Assembly (NCBI RefSeq): GCF_009914755.1
Contig: NC_060942.1
DNA from: the human T2T-CHM13v2.0 reference genome, Homo sapiens
Length of the DNA stretch: 64,000 nucleotides
Strand: one strand, 5' to 3'
In this document: positions 1 through 14,470 of the stretch, piece by piece
Layout: each line of letters opens with the position of its first letter
How positions within the stretch are numbered: position 1 is the first letter of the stretch
Position numbers and translations under genes: made by a program
Notes under the pieces: model-generated
Databases searched by the model: none
Told to the model about the DNA's origin: nothing
What the model saw: only the letters and a program-made list of their open reading frames with translations

Positions 1-2183
1 CCGAAGTCGAAATTCTTTTGCATGGCATTGAAAGACCCCTTCCATCTGACCCCAGGCCACCTTTTCAAGACATTCCCATCTTCACTCCCTATAAAACCTA
101 AGCTCTGGTCACATCAAAATAATCACTGCCCTCCAGTTTTAACGCACACCTCCCAACTTTTATTATAGTTTCCTCATTATAGTATTGTTTGTATATATCC
201 ATCTTCTCTACTATAACTAAATTTCTTAAAATCAGAGGCTGTAATTGTTTATCAGCTTGAACTGAGTAAAATTGGGCTATTTCATGCTTCAGCAGCTCAG
301 CAGCACATCAGTGTCTAAAGAAATACCAGTCATGTATCTGGTATATGGCAAGTTATCTATTTATTGATGTCACTCAAATTGATGCCAAGCAAGATTTTAA
401 GCTTAGACATCTAGCGAAAAGCTTTCCCATATCTCAATCAGTGCAGAACTTGTTCTCAGTCTCTCATCTCACTCCCTTAATCAGTGTCTCCAAACTCAGG
501 CCATGTTTGTTCCTCTCTTTCCAGTCCCCCTATTTAGCCATCCCAGGTCAACTTCTTCCTCTGAGGAGCTACCTTTGTCCTTCTAGAAAGATTAATCAAG
601 CCTTTCTCACATTCTGACTCCTGTATCCATTTTCTAGAAGAAACAACAAAAGCCCAACTGCAAAACTGGAGAACTATCCCCATCCTGGAGCACATTTATC
701 TTCTATCACAATTTAGCCCACTGGGCTCCTGGTATGGTTGTGAAAATATTCACAAATTTGAAAGTGTAAAGACTAGAGCACATGGCAAGAAGATGAACTC
801 TGCAGCTGGTGCACACAGAAATAGATGAACATGAAGGGCAACCTCCACTGGAGCTATGAGCTTAATCATTTCATTAATGTCTGCTCAAGTACCAAAAAGT
901 CAAACCCAAGATGTGATATTTAATTGGTATGCATTAAGAGATACCCTTTAATTGGGCTGGCACATTATCTATGCTGTTTGTTATAGGTAATAGTTTCAGC
1001 AAACTAGACAGGAAGGAAAAAATGCATTAAGAGTGAAGGTGAAAGAGAGAGCGAGAGTGTGTGTGTGTATACTACCCTTCCTCTAGAATATCTTAGTGTA
1101 TGATTACTAGAAACTTCCAAGGTATAAAGTACACTCAAGGAATGTAATAGCGTGCTATGTAGCAACACTAATGGCCTTTACAAAATTTATGCTGAAACCA
1201 GTTTAATGTACTGTAAGTAATTTGTCTAATTTATGCATGGAGAAGATCTGATGAATAGAATCTGCAGTTTAAAATTTTTTACCAAAACTCTAACTACACA
1301 GTTAACATTAAGCACTAAATTAAACAAATGAAGTTATTAAAATGCTACATTACTAACTCAATTGAAACAATTATAGTGATAAGTTTGTGTCTGTTATTAA
1401 AATGAACTTTTTTCTTAGTATATACAAATTGTTTTCACCTTTTTAATTGTAACATTTTGGTTAAGTGGTATGAACATGTCAAGATTAGTTTTAATTGAAA
1501 TATTCTAGTTTTAAAAATATTTTCTGCAAAAACCTTTACAGTATGTTTTTCCTCTTTTTTAAAAAAATGCATTGTTTTTAAACAAAATGTCACAGGAGTG
1601 AAAGCATTTATCTTGGAAGTTGTTCAAAGGACACCTGGAAAATAACTCAAAATGCCTTCAAGCACAATTTCAAAAATTATTCATGAATTAAAAGTATGCA
1701 TTTTGGCAATGAATCATAATTCCATCTTTTGGAAGGCCCTAAGTTCAATATACTGAATTTAAATGAAATTGTTAACAGTTTCCTGAATATGCATGAGAAT
1801 ATGTTTACATAGGTATATATTTATGTATACCCGCAAGCATCTAACCTGTGTGTTAAACATTAATATTGAACCAATGCCAACAGCACCCTGAAATGTTTTG
1901 AAAGTTCTTTCTCAAAGTGATAAATTCACAGTTATCTTGACAAACCTATGCACTGAGATTAGAAGTGCAGTCTGTGTGGCAGAAAAAGAAAAGCCAGACT
2001 AGCCCATCTTTCAACTGCCTGGGCCGAGTGTTCCCAAACACTAACAGCTACAAGAAGATTTGCAGAGGTCCTGCTGCCCTCCCCACAACAAGCCATGCTC
2101 TGCGGAGTCCTGTGGGGCACTGCAAAAGCATGCATTTCGGATCTCAATTCAAAAGGTGGCCCAGCTCCTCCTTGGGTCAGAGT

Positions 2184-2864
2184 TAAAACAAGAGATAACA
2201 AGTATTGGTGAGGATGTGAAAAAACTGGAACCCTTCTGGTGAGGATGTAAAATAATTCAGCCTCTTTAGAAAACAGTATAGAGGTTCCTAAAAAAATTAA
2301 AAATTACATATGATCCAGCAATCCCACTTCTGGATATTTATCCAAAAGAACTGAAATGAGCACGTCAAAGAGATATTTGTACACCTGCATTCATTGCAGA
2401 ATTATTCATAATAGACAAGAGGTGGAAAGAATCTAAATGGCCATTGATGCACAAAAGGATAAAGAAGATATGGTATATACATACAATGGTATATTATTAA
2501 GCCTTAATAAAAAGGGAATCCTGCCACATGTGACAACATAGTTGAACCATGAGGACTTTATGCTAAATAAAATAAGCCAGTCACTGAAGAACAAATACTG
2601 CATGGTTCCACATATATGAGGTATCTTATGTAGATAAAGACTTAAGAAGCAGAAAGTAGAATGGTGGTTGCCAGAGGCTGCAGGGAGGGAAAATGGGGAG
2701 TTGCTGTTCAACAGGTATAAAGTTTTAGTTACCCAGATGATTAAGTTCTAGAGATCTGCTGTATAACATTGTGCCTATAGTAAGCAATACTGTATTTGTA
2801 CATTAAAATATTGTTACGAAGATAGATCTCATATTGTTTTTACCACAATTGAGAAAAAGAAAAA
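2184..2864 (+). mobile_element. Old LINE-1 3' end (L1MA/L1MB-type)
   Basis: ORF2-end/3'UTR motifs catatgatccagcaatcccacttctgg, gttctagagatctgctgtataaca and an A-rich end. Confidence 0.85.
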
Positions 2865-3255
2865 GTTGACCTTTTATCATTCCATAGTCTTCAGATAAAC
2901 ACTGATTTGTAGATTCATATATGTATAGATATATTCCATATTAAAGAAGTTGGTTGCCAATTATATTCTTTCCAAATTAATTAACACATCGAAGGCAAAT
3001 GTATTTTGTAATTTAGAGTTTGTAAAGCAATATTGTCCTTGATAGAAATAAGAACCCAAATTAGAAATCTTCATGAAATCTTAAAGGGAGCTCTTTAAAA
3101 ACAGCTGTTTTAAAAAGACAAAACGACCCTGAGATATTAAAAGATTGGGGGCATTAATATAATTGGTGATAAGGATGAACGTCTATTTCTTTCAAGAGAA
3201 TATGATCAATATTACTTTTTCTGCCATACACTATTCTAAATTATTATTCAAATAA

Positions 3256-3624
<369 letters not shown>

Positions 3625-3626
3625 TA

Positions 3627-3931
<305 letters not shown>

Positions 3932-4124
3932 AAAAGACTCTCAGTCTAACCTAAAATATATGAATAGATATTTTCATTTCTATTAAATTTAGGTAGTAAA
4001 ATTATAGAAAAATCAAAGAAAGATACCATCAAAACACAACTTGATTAGTCTAATATTAAGAGCAACAACAGGTCATAGTGCCATAGTTTTTACTATACAT
4101 GATACCCTGAATTAAGTTTCCTTT

Positions 4125-4320
4125 ATATATTAGCTCATGCAATTCTCAAAATACCCCTGTGAAGTAGGGACTGTTATTATCTGCATTTTATGGATGAAGG
4201 AACTGGGGTACAGAGGTTAAAGAAGTCATTGTAGGCCAAACAGCTAAGAAGTTATACAGATAGGACTGAATCCCCAGGCAGCTTGATGCCAGGGTCTAGT
4301 CTTTTAACTACTCTGCCAAA
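4125..4320 (-). mobile_element. MIR SINE
   Basis: Reverse-complement MIR core: ttattatctgcattttatggatgaaggaactggggtacagaggttaa. Confidence 0.8.
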
Positions 4321-6837
4321 CTGCTTCTGGGGCTAGATTTTTCTCTGAAGACATTACAGAAAATAAAAATTATGAAACACCTGGCACAATGCCTTGTACA
4401 TACTAGGTACTTTGCCAAATGGATACTGATGATATTAACATATTTATATAACACCCTTGGTATTGGTGGTTGTATATGGAGAAGAATGAGTAGGGAACAT
4501 AGAATACTTTGAGGGAATTTGAGCTGTTTAGTGTTTTTAAAATTTCATTCCCGAATGTACTGAGTTGCTGCAAGAATAAAACATGGTGAAAAAGGAATTC
4601 TTTAGAACAAAGGCACATTCTCTGCATGGGATGAACTGTAATGTGGAGAACTGGCCATCTGGATAATTTCTTATGGGGACAAGCTGTAATTTATAAAACC
4701 CTGAGAAAAGAGAAGAAAATAGAGAAGAGAGAGCCTTGACTTTCTGCCAGAAAAAGGCTTTAAAGCTCTATCCTAGCAAGTTTTAAATGGAAATTTAAAT
4801 ATTTCATACCCACATATACACATACTAAAGCTGCACCTACCCAGTCAAATACAACATTTTACCTTACACAGCTTTACAAGCATCCAAATAGTATCCTATT
4901 TTGGTTAAAGTCAGGATTAGGAAGCAAAAGCCTCTGCCATTTAAATCCATCCACAAATCTCTGTAGAATGTCCCTGTATGCACAGCCCTGGACTAGGGAT
5001 GTGGTGCCCCAAATATGGCAAGGGTCCCACCTCAAGGGGCTTTGACCTGGGGACTACAAAAAATGTGAATTACAAACCTGAAAGGCAAATGTAGGCAAAT
5101 ATTGCTGTTTATTATAATTATGTATATGTTTAAAAATGATATATCATAACAATAGGCATATATACTTATTAAGCATTTAATATAAAACCAGGCATTAGAA
5201 TAGTGCTTATGATTTCATTAATAGTGCACATTATTTCATTAAATAAATATAATATAAAGAAGTTAAGTTTTCATAAAATTGCTCCTGTTGCCGCCCTTGT
5301 TGTTTCCTAGTTTGCTGCAGAGGAGGCAGAGGCAGGTTCTTGAAATAGGACTAGCCTCAATCAGTTCAAGAGAGGAGACAGAGCCAATGGGCTGAGGGGT
5401 GGGCCTGGGAAGGACCCTTCCTTGTGATGGGGACCAGAGGACAATGTCTGGCTAGGAGCTCAACTGATCACAGATTCAGTTGGCTCTCGAATTGGGAAAG
5501 TGTCTAGACAACGGTCTGGAAGATCATCCTCACTGCGCGGGCTGTGAGGAGCAGCCTGAGGGATGGGGACAGGACCTGGACAGCATGCAGGCGGTCTGGG
5601 TAAGTGGCTGCAACAGAAGGAGTTGTTGGATCTGAACACACTCTACAAAAATAGTGGTACTTGGAAGCTTAATAAATTTGGGAGTTGTTAAAGAAAACAA
5701 TGGAATGGAAACTCATGAGTGTGATGATAAAGATGGGAGGGCAGAGATGCTGATGTGGAGCTAAGATAATAAACGTTGTTACTAACATTTTAAGTGACAG
5801 GACTGCCATATAATTCTGGATTCATTCTGCAGGTGAGCAGAGGTAGAAAACTCGGACATGAAGATGACTTTTGGGGCACCACCAGCAGATGCCTGTGGCT
5901 GAAGCAGAAGATAGATGCATTCTCAAAGTTTCAGCCTGCTCACAGATTGGCCACTGCACATTTCGTGTATCTATTTAATATTGCCTGGAAATCTCCAAAG
6001 GTTTTACCGAACACCACTTGTTTACTTTGTACCTTGTTTACTTTGCCCAAGTGACAAGTGAGAAACAGGATTAACCACTTGAGCTCCCCCAAAAATCGCG
6101 TGCCATGCCAACAGGAAGGAGCTGGTCTGAAGAGGCTTCCTCCCCCATCTACGTCACTTGCAACACACTCCTGGAGTGGGGTTCTCATCTAATTTGAGCA
6201 AGGAGACTCTCAGCCCTTGCTACACTAACTAAAACAGGAGTGTCACGCATGGTCCCTGGTCTCCAACTGCAGTCCAGGTTGTGGATAGTTAATGACAGCC
6301 ATAAATGGTCGAGCACATATGCCTTAGTCTAAAGATACTTTCAGACATGAACAACATCACTGCAGCCAGGGGAAGACTCCAGGAGGATGTGGGACTTGTG
6401 CCTGGCACTGAGGGGAAATAATATTCAAAACAGCAGAAAAAGTTTTCTTTTGTCTTTAAATTCGTCAATTTAAAAAACTGTCTATAAAAAAACAGTTACA
6501 ATAGAAATTTTCCAGTTGCATGTGTTGTTGGCAAATCTGTGTGGATAAGCTGGTATATTAAGCTCTCTAGATGTGTTAGTTATACAATCTATGAAGACTG
6601 GAACTAGGTCCAATTTGCAATAATATATATTATTCAGGACCATGAACTGCTCTCATCATGATTTTATAGAATGGGATTTCACAGCTAGAGTCACTGACTA
6701 GGAGTCCATCCATTAAAAAAAAATTAATTGAAACAGTCAATCTCAGGGCATTTCTAGAGCTCAGAAGCACTAGCTCAATGCCTGTCCCATTTCTCCTCCT
6801 CTGGGCCTTCTGAGGGCCCCCTCTTTTGCTTTTTGGG

Positions 6838-7137
6838 GTACATGTGGCTCTCCACATCCTCAGATTCAACCAACCACAGATAAAAAATCTTTGAAAAAGA
6901 AACTCAAACAATTAAAAATAACACAAAAAAACAAATATAGTATAACAACTATTTACTTAGCATTTACTTTATAGTAGGTATTACAAGGAATCTAGAGATG
7001 ATTTAAAGTGTACAGAAGAATATGTATATGTTATAGGCAAATACTACACCACTTTATATAAGGGACTGAGCATCTTCAAATATTGGTATTCTCCAGGGTC
7101 CTGGAACCAATGTCCTATGGGTACCAAGGAATGGCTG
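6838..7137 (-). mobile_element. MER2-like TcMar-Tigger DNA transposon
   Basis: Matches recalled MER2 blocks: gattcaaccaacc, tctagagatgatttaaagt, gggtcctggaaccaat. Confidence 0.8.
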
Positions 7138-8444
7138 AATTGAGACTTTCAAGGGACTATGAGTCTATGCAGATGTGTACTTTTAGAGGGAGTTTAAGGT
7201 AGGGATGGTCTGGAGGAAGAAAACTAGTGAAGGTACATCAGGATTTCTTTTTGGTTTTATAACATGCAGTCTCTTTCTCAATAGATCACATGATCTTTTC
7301 TCTGAAAAATGGCCAATATCTTTTAGATCAATAGTGGACCAATTTTTAACCATGAATTTAGATCAAGACTGGACCACTTTTTAAGAAACGTTTTTCTGTT
7401 TCCTTCTGATTTTATTTTTTTATACCATGTGCGCAGGCATTATGTGTGTGCATGTATGTAGACAGATTTAGTCATTGTCATAACCATTGTTATGAGGCTT
7501 GCATTTCTCGTTTCTAGGATAATCAACTCCAAGTTCCTGGGCACCAGTGACAGCCCTGTGGGTGACACAGTAGCTGTCCAGGACGTCCCTGCCCCTTTGC
7601 TGGCCTGAGCACCCCTCTAATAGGCTACATGCTCTTCTTGGAGGCCCTTTCTGAATGATTCATTAATACCATTCCAGAGCCTGTTTGGGGTCAAAATCCT
7701 TGTGAGAATCTGCTGAACATTGTGGAGCCCCTGGCTAAACAAATGCCCACGTGCAAACCTACACAAAACCAGCAGATCTGTCAGTGAGCTCACAGCCCCC
7801 TTGGAAGCTGCCCGTGCACCCCAGAAGATGCCAGGAGGCCAGGGAGAGTCTCAACATGCAGAGGATCCCTAACAACTATGGGTCCCCGATCCTCTCTTTA
7901 TTTAAAAATGAGAGAGATTTTCATTACTTCTTCAAACTTTCATTTGGTCTTTTTCTAATATTTCCTTTTTCCCTTAAATAAAAGAGAAGTGGAAGGTCAG
8001 TGCACCCTCCAGGCACTGAGTCATCTGTCAGCCCACGTGCACTGGGGCTGATAGACTCTGGATCTGGACCAGGGCAGGCCGAGGTGGACTCGCACACGGG
8101 GTGAAGGAGGAGTGGATGGCATCAGTCTGTAGAGCCAAGGACGTGCCTTAACACAGTTATTTACTAATGGCCCACAGATATGATTTAAAACAACTTTGTG
8201 GTGAAGTATAATAACTCAGTCTACATACTCCCTCCCAGGCTGGGAGTGTCTCTGCTTCTAACGGGAAACTCTAATGCCATTTACATCTCAGACCCCTATT
8301 GAGTTTCAAAATTTAATCCACTGGTAGTAGAGTGAAAATATGTTGCACTTACCATTATTTTGGAAATGTCATCTGTACATTTATGAGAGTCAGTTTTTAC
8401 ACACACATACACATACCTGGTCTGCTTTTGTATCTCTCTCTCTC

Positions 8445-8850
8445 GTGTGTGGTGTCTGTATGCGTGTGTGCGTGCATGTCAGTGGACACATGTATGTGTG
8501 GGGGCTGCATGTGTGTGTGCATGTGAATATGTGTGTGTATCCACATGTATACATGTGTATGTGGGGGGTTGTATGTGTGGCATGGGTGGGTGGGTGTGTA
8601 CATGTGGTTGTACACGTGTGCGGGGTGTGTGGCTGTGTGCACATGGGTGTACATGTATATGTGTGGTGTGTGTATGTGGGTGTACATGTGTACGTGGGGG
8701 GTTGTATGTGTGGCATGGGGGGGTGGGTGTGTACATGTGGGTGCACATGTGTATGTGTGTGGTGTGTTTGCAGGTGGTTGTACATGTGTATTGTGCAGGA
8801 TGTGAGTGTGTGCATGTGGGTGTACACATGTATGTGTGGTTTCTGTATGC
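8445..8850. repeat. Degenerate GT-rich simple repeat (GTGTACAT/GTGG units) with an internal higher-order duplication
   Basis: About 400 bp of gtgt/gtacatgt/ggtggg units. The block gtggggggttgtatgtgtggcatggg recurs near 8561 and 8694. Confidence 0.9.
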
Positions 8851-9324
8851 ATCAGAGAGGACATGGTCAATGACAGCTATACATGAGCATCACTTGTCTG
8901 CCTACAGTTACTATTTTGTAGAGTAATAAAAGAACAAGGGTAAGAGAGGAGGAAAGTGCTGGATAGACGCATTCTCATTTTCTAATTTTCTGTGTGTTCG
9001 TGGAATTTTGTTCATGCCCATTTCCAGCTGGTCTCAGACCTGTGTATAAATGGTTCCTTTCCTCCTTATACCCCTTTGTTCCCCTTCCTCCCACCCCCCA
9101 GGTCCTATCTCTCCTCTGCCCTCCTTTTCTTCCTTAGCAATGAACAATGCCTAGACCAAGAGTTGCATTCACCATTTGCAAGGAAAAGAAAGAACCTAAG
9201 AAGAGAAGCAAGCAGGAAGAGAAGGATCAGAAAAAGAGAATAAGATGGAGCCGGAGAGGTGAGAAAGAGAAATGAGATAAATAGTGCTGCAAAGGAGTGA
9301 AAATGAAAGGAAGATGCAAATGGA

Positions 9325-9482
9325 TAAGGGTTTTCTTTGGGGCTGATGAGAGTGTTCTAAAATCGTGGTGATGGTTGTACAACTCTGTGAATTCATTAAA
9401 AACCATTGAATGGGTGTAAATAACCACTTTAAATGAGTGAACTGCATTATATTTGAATTATAATGTAATAAAGTTGTTATTT
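9325..9482 (+). mobile_element. Old L1 (L1MB/ME-type) 3'UTR terminal fragment
   Basis: gtgttctaaaatcgtggtgatggttgtacaactctgtgaat...aataaagttgtt. Confidence 0.7.
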
Positions 9483-9796
9483 TAATAAAAGTGACTTAGG
9501 ATTTTTTAAAACAATTATTATTATTTTTTAAGCACACTAGTCCCTGGGCCAACTTTATGCAGAGCAATGCTGCTCTGCTAAGAGCCCCACTTCAGCCCAT
9601 GATATCACTTGCATATTGAGGTTCCATGGCACATGGCCTTTCCTTGTCACTAGAGATGGAGAATCCAAGAGGAAGCTGAAAATGCGAAAGGGAGAGACAG
9701 AAGAGAAGAAACAGCCCGCTGCAAAGGGTGTCTGCTCAGTCTCTCCAGCGTGTGAACGACTGAGCATCTGCCCTTCTCTTCTGAGTGCTGGAACAC

Positions 9797-10187
9797 ATTT
9801 TATTTATTTATAATTGACAAAATTATATAGATGTATATACATATATATATATTTACTGTGCACAGTATGATGTCTTCAAATATGGATACATTGGAGAATG
9901 ATTCAATCTAGCTAATTAACATATGTATTACCTCTCATACTTATTTTTTATGGTGATAACAATTAAAATCTACTCTCTTAGCAATTTTCAAGAATACAAC
10001 ACATTGTTATTAACTAGAGTCGACATGTTGTGCAATATATCTCCTTGACTTATTCTTGTAACTGAAATTTTGTGCCAACATCTCCGTAACCCCACCCAGT
10101 CCCTGGTAATCACCTTTCTACCCTCTGCTTCTATGAGTTCAGCGTTTTTAGATCCCATAAAGTGAGCTCATTCAGTATTTATCTTTG
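9797..10187 (-). mobile_element. L1MA-type 3'UTR
   Basis: aaaatctactctcttagcaattttcaagaatacaa; ctctgcttctatgagttc. Confidence 0.8.
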
Positions 10188-12084
10188 CTAAATAAATTTT
10201 ATTAGGTGAAAACAATTAACTAGTAGAGATGCCCACTTGCTTAACAAGGCTAAACAACTTCCTGACTACTGCAAACGCACACACACACGCACACACATCA
10301 ATGTGAACTGAACTAATGACCTCAAGTCACTGTCAAGACAGTCCTGTTCTGTCTCTAAAATTATAGACTTTTAAACCTATTTTTAAAAGGAATTGATCCT
10401 AACATTACATTCTTTGACAACCGAGGATCGCATCTTTTCTCCATAGTTAGTCTACCTTCCAGTGAAATCTCTCCCTTTGCTGCACTGGCACGTCACACTG
10501 ACTGACTGGGAAAGCGGATAAGCATGTCTTTAGGTATTAAAATTGAGTGCATCACAACTATAGCCTGTAAGGAAGGCACAAAGATGCTGTGCATGTTCTC
10601 TGGCTGCACAGAGGCCTCTTCCAGCTTACTCCCTGTGTCTCAGCTTTGCTCTACATACACAAATCTGCAAATAACTAATCTCTGGATAAGCGCAGGATGT
10701 CCCTATTTTAAAATCTCTGCTCCGTATTCAGATTCTGAACCTGAAATTGAGAATACCCAATTTTTGTCTGAATCTCCAGCAATACTTAAAATACAATAAA
10801 AGTATAAGTTACATTTAAAATATGGCAGGTATATACTACTCATTATTTGGAAGTTTAAAGAATATAGTGTTTAGGATGTCATAGTTATATTTATAAAAAA
10901 AGAAATTGGCTTTTGGAGAGGAAGTCTCTTCTCAATTTCTCAATGGGATTCAAATTTAAATTAATGAAAGGTAATCTTTAAGATGCATGATTGATACAAT
11001 AGCTTCCTTTCAGTTCTTAGTACATTTAGAATTAATCAAATTATATAGCTAATTAGGGGGAGAAATTGCCTCTATAGTGTCCGGGAATGCACATGGTAAG
11101 TGATGAATTTTTTCATTAGTGTTAATGAGCTGTGCCTGGTTAACTCCCCGGCACATCGCAGAACAGAGCCCATATCATCTGTCTTCCATATTTAATCCAA
11201 TTTGTTTGTATACTGCATCTTTCACTCAGTGTTTCCCAAAAAGCAATTTCAGGGATGATAACATTATAAGAAAATATGAAACTGGATATATTGATAACAA
11301 AAACAAAGAAGATGGACTGGAGTCTTGGGAAAAACAAAGATTAGTCTTCATGTTTTGTAGGCAACTAACTCATATCTGATTAGTATTAAAGACTAACACA
11401 TTCATTCATGGAAACGGGAATTGTATCTTCTGTTTTTAGAAACTGTGATATAGAGGATAACAAAGACTGTAAAAGAAGGCTTATTCAAAATAGTTTGAAA
11501 ATGCTACATTATATAACAAACCTGATAAAGCTCTGTAAACTGTGACAGTGTATTAATTGGAGGCAAGTGTGGGCAAAAAAAAAAAAAAAAAAAAGCAAAT
11601 AAAAAACAAAAAGTAGCAACTTGTATTAATATAACACTTCACTTCCAAAATGCTGAAAGATTACATAGAATGATGTGACAGTGGCTCCTGTAGGCTCCTT
11701 TGAACCCTCTAAGTGTTTATTTTGCTTTATTTGGTAAAAATGGAAAAAGTTTTCTGAAACATATTTACCAATTCACTTGATTCAAGATCACTAACCTGCT
11801 ACCTTCCTCTACTCCACTCCTAGGGTGCTTTTCTTTTCACATCCTACTAATAATGAACAACTCAAAGATAACTTGAGTTCATGGCTATACTTACTTTTTC
11901 AAACACTGGATATTGAACGCCCAGTAACACCAATAATGAAACAAGGTGTTTTAAGTTGTTCCAATGTACACTTGCACAATGTTTGGAATTGTCCTGCATC
12001 TGGAATACAATGTCATCACTGATGTTTGTCCACAGTCTACCTACTTGGAGATTAAGACCTAATCCAAATGAAATCCTTCCCTCT

Positions 12085-14350
12085 CGTCCTTCCTCCTTTT
12101 GCTTTCTTCCAATATTAATTGAGCACCTACTTGATGCCAAGAACTGTTGTAGGCATTGGAGATACTGTGGTGAGCTACACACAAACACACACAGACACAC
12201 ACACAGACATCTACATAAAATAAGATTAACATGTAAACATACAGATTCAGATGACAGTGAGTAAAGCAGGGAGCAGCATGCCCATGCTCCTGTGTGTGCC
12301 AATGGCCTCACTGAAGGAACTTGAAGGAGATAAGAGCAGGGCTGGGCCTCCCCTCTGCTAATAAACAGCCCTTCCCTGCCACCTTCTTATTTAATGCAGT
12401 TGGCTGACTCCACTAATATGCCACAGTGACCATCACTTCCTCTAGGAAGCTTCCTGTCACGACTCCACTTGAAATTTATCTCTCCCTCTTTAGTACTAAA
12501 ACCCTGGGTATCTTTTTCTGTGCTTCTTTTAAAATACTCATAATTTGTTCTTTTGTATTAAGTTATCTGTATTCATATATTTTGTATACTTTCAACATTA
12601 TTATACAAGCTCCTTGATAGTATGTATACTCCCTTTATCATTTCTTGTAGATTCTGTCATAGTGCCTTGGACACAGCAATATTTCAACCAATGTTTCCAG
12701 AATAAATAATCAGTCAAGAATATCAATGAAGCAAAATTGCATTTCCAGAATTGCATCACTCCTTGCTCAATATCTGCCATTTGATTTATCTGAAACCTTT
12801 TTTCCATTATTTGCTTCTTAATATTAGGATTCTCAAATCTATTTTTCAAAAAAGCTTACAAAAGCTATCTTATTGGTTTCCATCCACTGGTGTGCCAGGC
12901 ACTCTGTGAGGATGCAGGACCCAGTGATGGTCACTACATACTGCTGCCTTCAGTGCTGAGGGAGGATGAGTCAAAGGATACCTGCAACGGTGGTGCAGGT
13001 TCACTTAGGGGTGGAGACACAGTGCTTTGGGAGACACAGAGGAGGTCACACAGCGGAGAGGAGAACACAGCGGAAGGGCAGCCATGGAAACCTGGTAAGT
13101 GATGTGTACATTGTATTATAATGGTTGGGGGTTCACCAAGTGAAGTGTCGGTGAGATTGGGACAGTGACAGGCTCTTCAGCAGCCAGAGAAGCAAGCTCA
13201 TTTTGAAGGAGATGGCGTGTAGCACATTCCAGAGCTTGAGTGCAGCTACAGTGTTGATGGGCCTTATAAGCTGTTTGAATGGTTTTTGAGAAATGGGCAG
13301 CCATTGGGAGGTGCTTAAAGCAGAGTGGTGGGACAGTGAGATTCACATTTGGGAATGATTGGTCTGACTGCAGTGAGGAAAACAACCTGGTGGCCCAGTA
13401 AGGAGGGTGCTGAGTGATTCAGTAGAATGGGCATGAACTAAAGCACAGGTGAATATGGCGATGAAGAGGCAAATCTGGAAGAATTTAGTCATAATCAGAA
13501 TCTATTGACAAGACTGGATGATTCACCATCGGGGTAAGAGAGGGAATGGGTTAATAATGACATCTCACTTTACAGGTTTCATAACTGGACACATGATTCT
13601 ACCCATCCCACCCATTTGGGTGGAGGGAATGAGGTCAGCTTTGAATATGAGAAGCCAGCAACTACCTACAAGGCGATGCTCATTGGACAGTTGAATATAT
13701 GGGTCTCTGTTCAAGGGAGCCTGTGCCAGAGGTGTCTATCAGAAGCCGAGCACATTTAAATGTGTCTGAAGCCGTGGTCAAAATGAAACCATGGGAAGAC
13801 TCAAGGAGGGTTTACAGAGTAAGCATGGCATGAAGTAATCTTCATCCTTCATGTGCATTAGAATCACTCAGAGGACTTCAGAGTAAGCATGGCCACGAAG
13901 TCGTCTTCAGACCTGTGTACATCAGAGCCACCCAGAGAATTTTAAAGCAACCTCAGTATCTGGGCTCCACCTCAAGTCAATACAGATGCCCTGGGAGGTG
14001 GGGCCCAGGCCTCTGTTTGCTCGGCGCAGTCCTTGTGATCCATGCACAGCCAGTGTGAGGAATTTCTGCATGGGTTGGGCAGAGAGGAGGACCAGAAAGA
14101 ACCCTGAGCAACAGCATCTTGGGAGTGGGTCAAGTGGGACAAGGCAGACTAAGGAGCAAGAGAGAACAACAAGAGAAGGCAAGATCATAGAAAGCTGGAC
14201 AGAGATGCTCTAATAGCTAAAGTGGTAGTGAAACTGGAGCAAAATCAACACCAATAGTGCCGCAGAAGAGCAGGACATAAAGGGGTTTTAAAAGGACCAC
14301 AGGGTTCAGCAACAAGGAGGCTTAAGGTGACCTGGCCAGAGCTGGGAGTG
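12085..14350. mobile_element. Cluster of L2 fragments in both orientations with a MER5-like fragment at about 13900-14070 (boundaries approximate)
   Basis: L2 tail motifs (ttgagcacctac...tgccaag; gtgtgccaggcactctg; gggcagccattgggaggtgcttaaagcag). MER5-like catcagagccaccc...gggctccacctc...ggtggggcccagg. Confidence 0.6.
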
Positions 14351-14470
14351 GCACTGTAACCAGAGTCATGTGACAGGGCTCCAAGAAGTGCTGGGGGCAT
14401 GGGAACGGGAGGACAGGCCATCCCTCTGTCCCTCTAGGATGCGTTACATTGTTGTTGTGGTTGTTGCTGG

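Noticed and set aside
929-1033. 12-bp direct repeat atgcattaagag and two TAATTG homeobox cores
   Set aside because: Too short in AT-rich sequence to separate from chance, and I saw no snoRNA box pattern.
2206-2252. Direct repeat tggtgaggatgt
   Set aside because: It corresponds to two naturally similar motifs in the L1 ORF2 end.
5876-5895. CTCF-like ccagcagatgcc (also tgcagatggcac near 17440)
   Set aside because: Both have mismatches at high-information positions and cannot be supported without ChIP data.
8332-8926. Overlapping 90-177 aa Cys/Val- or His/Thr-rich ORFs in several frames
   Set aside because: These arise from a stop-poor GT repeat and show no recognisable splice structure or domain.
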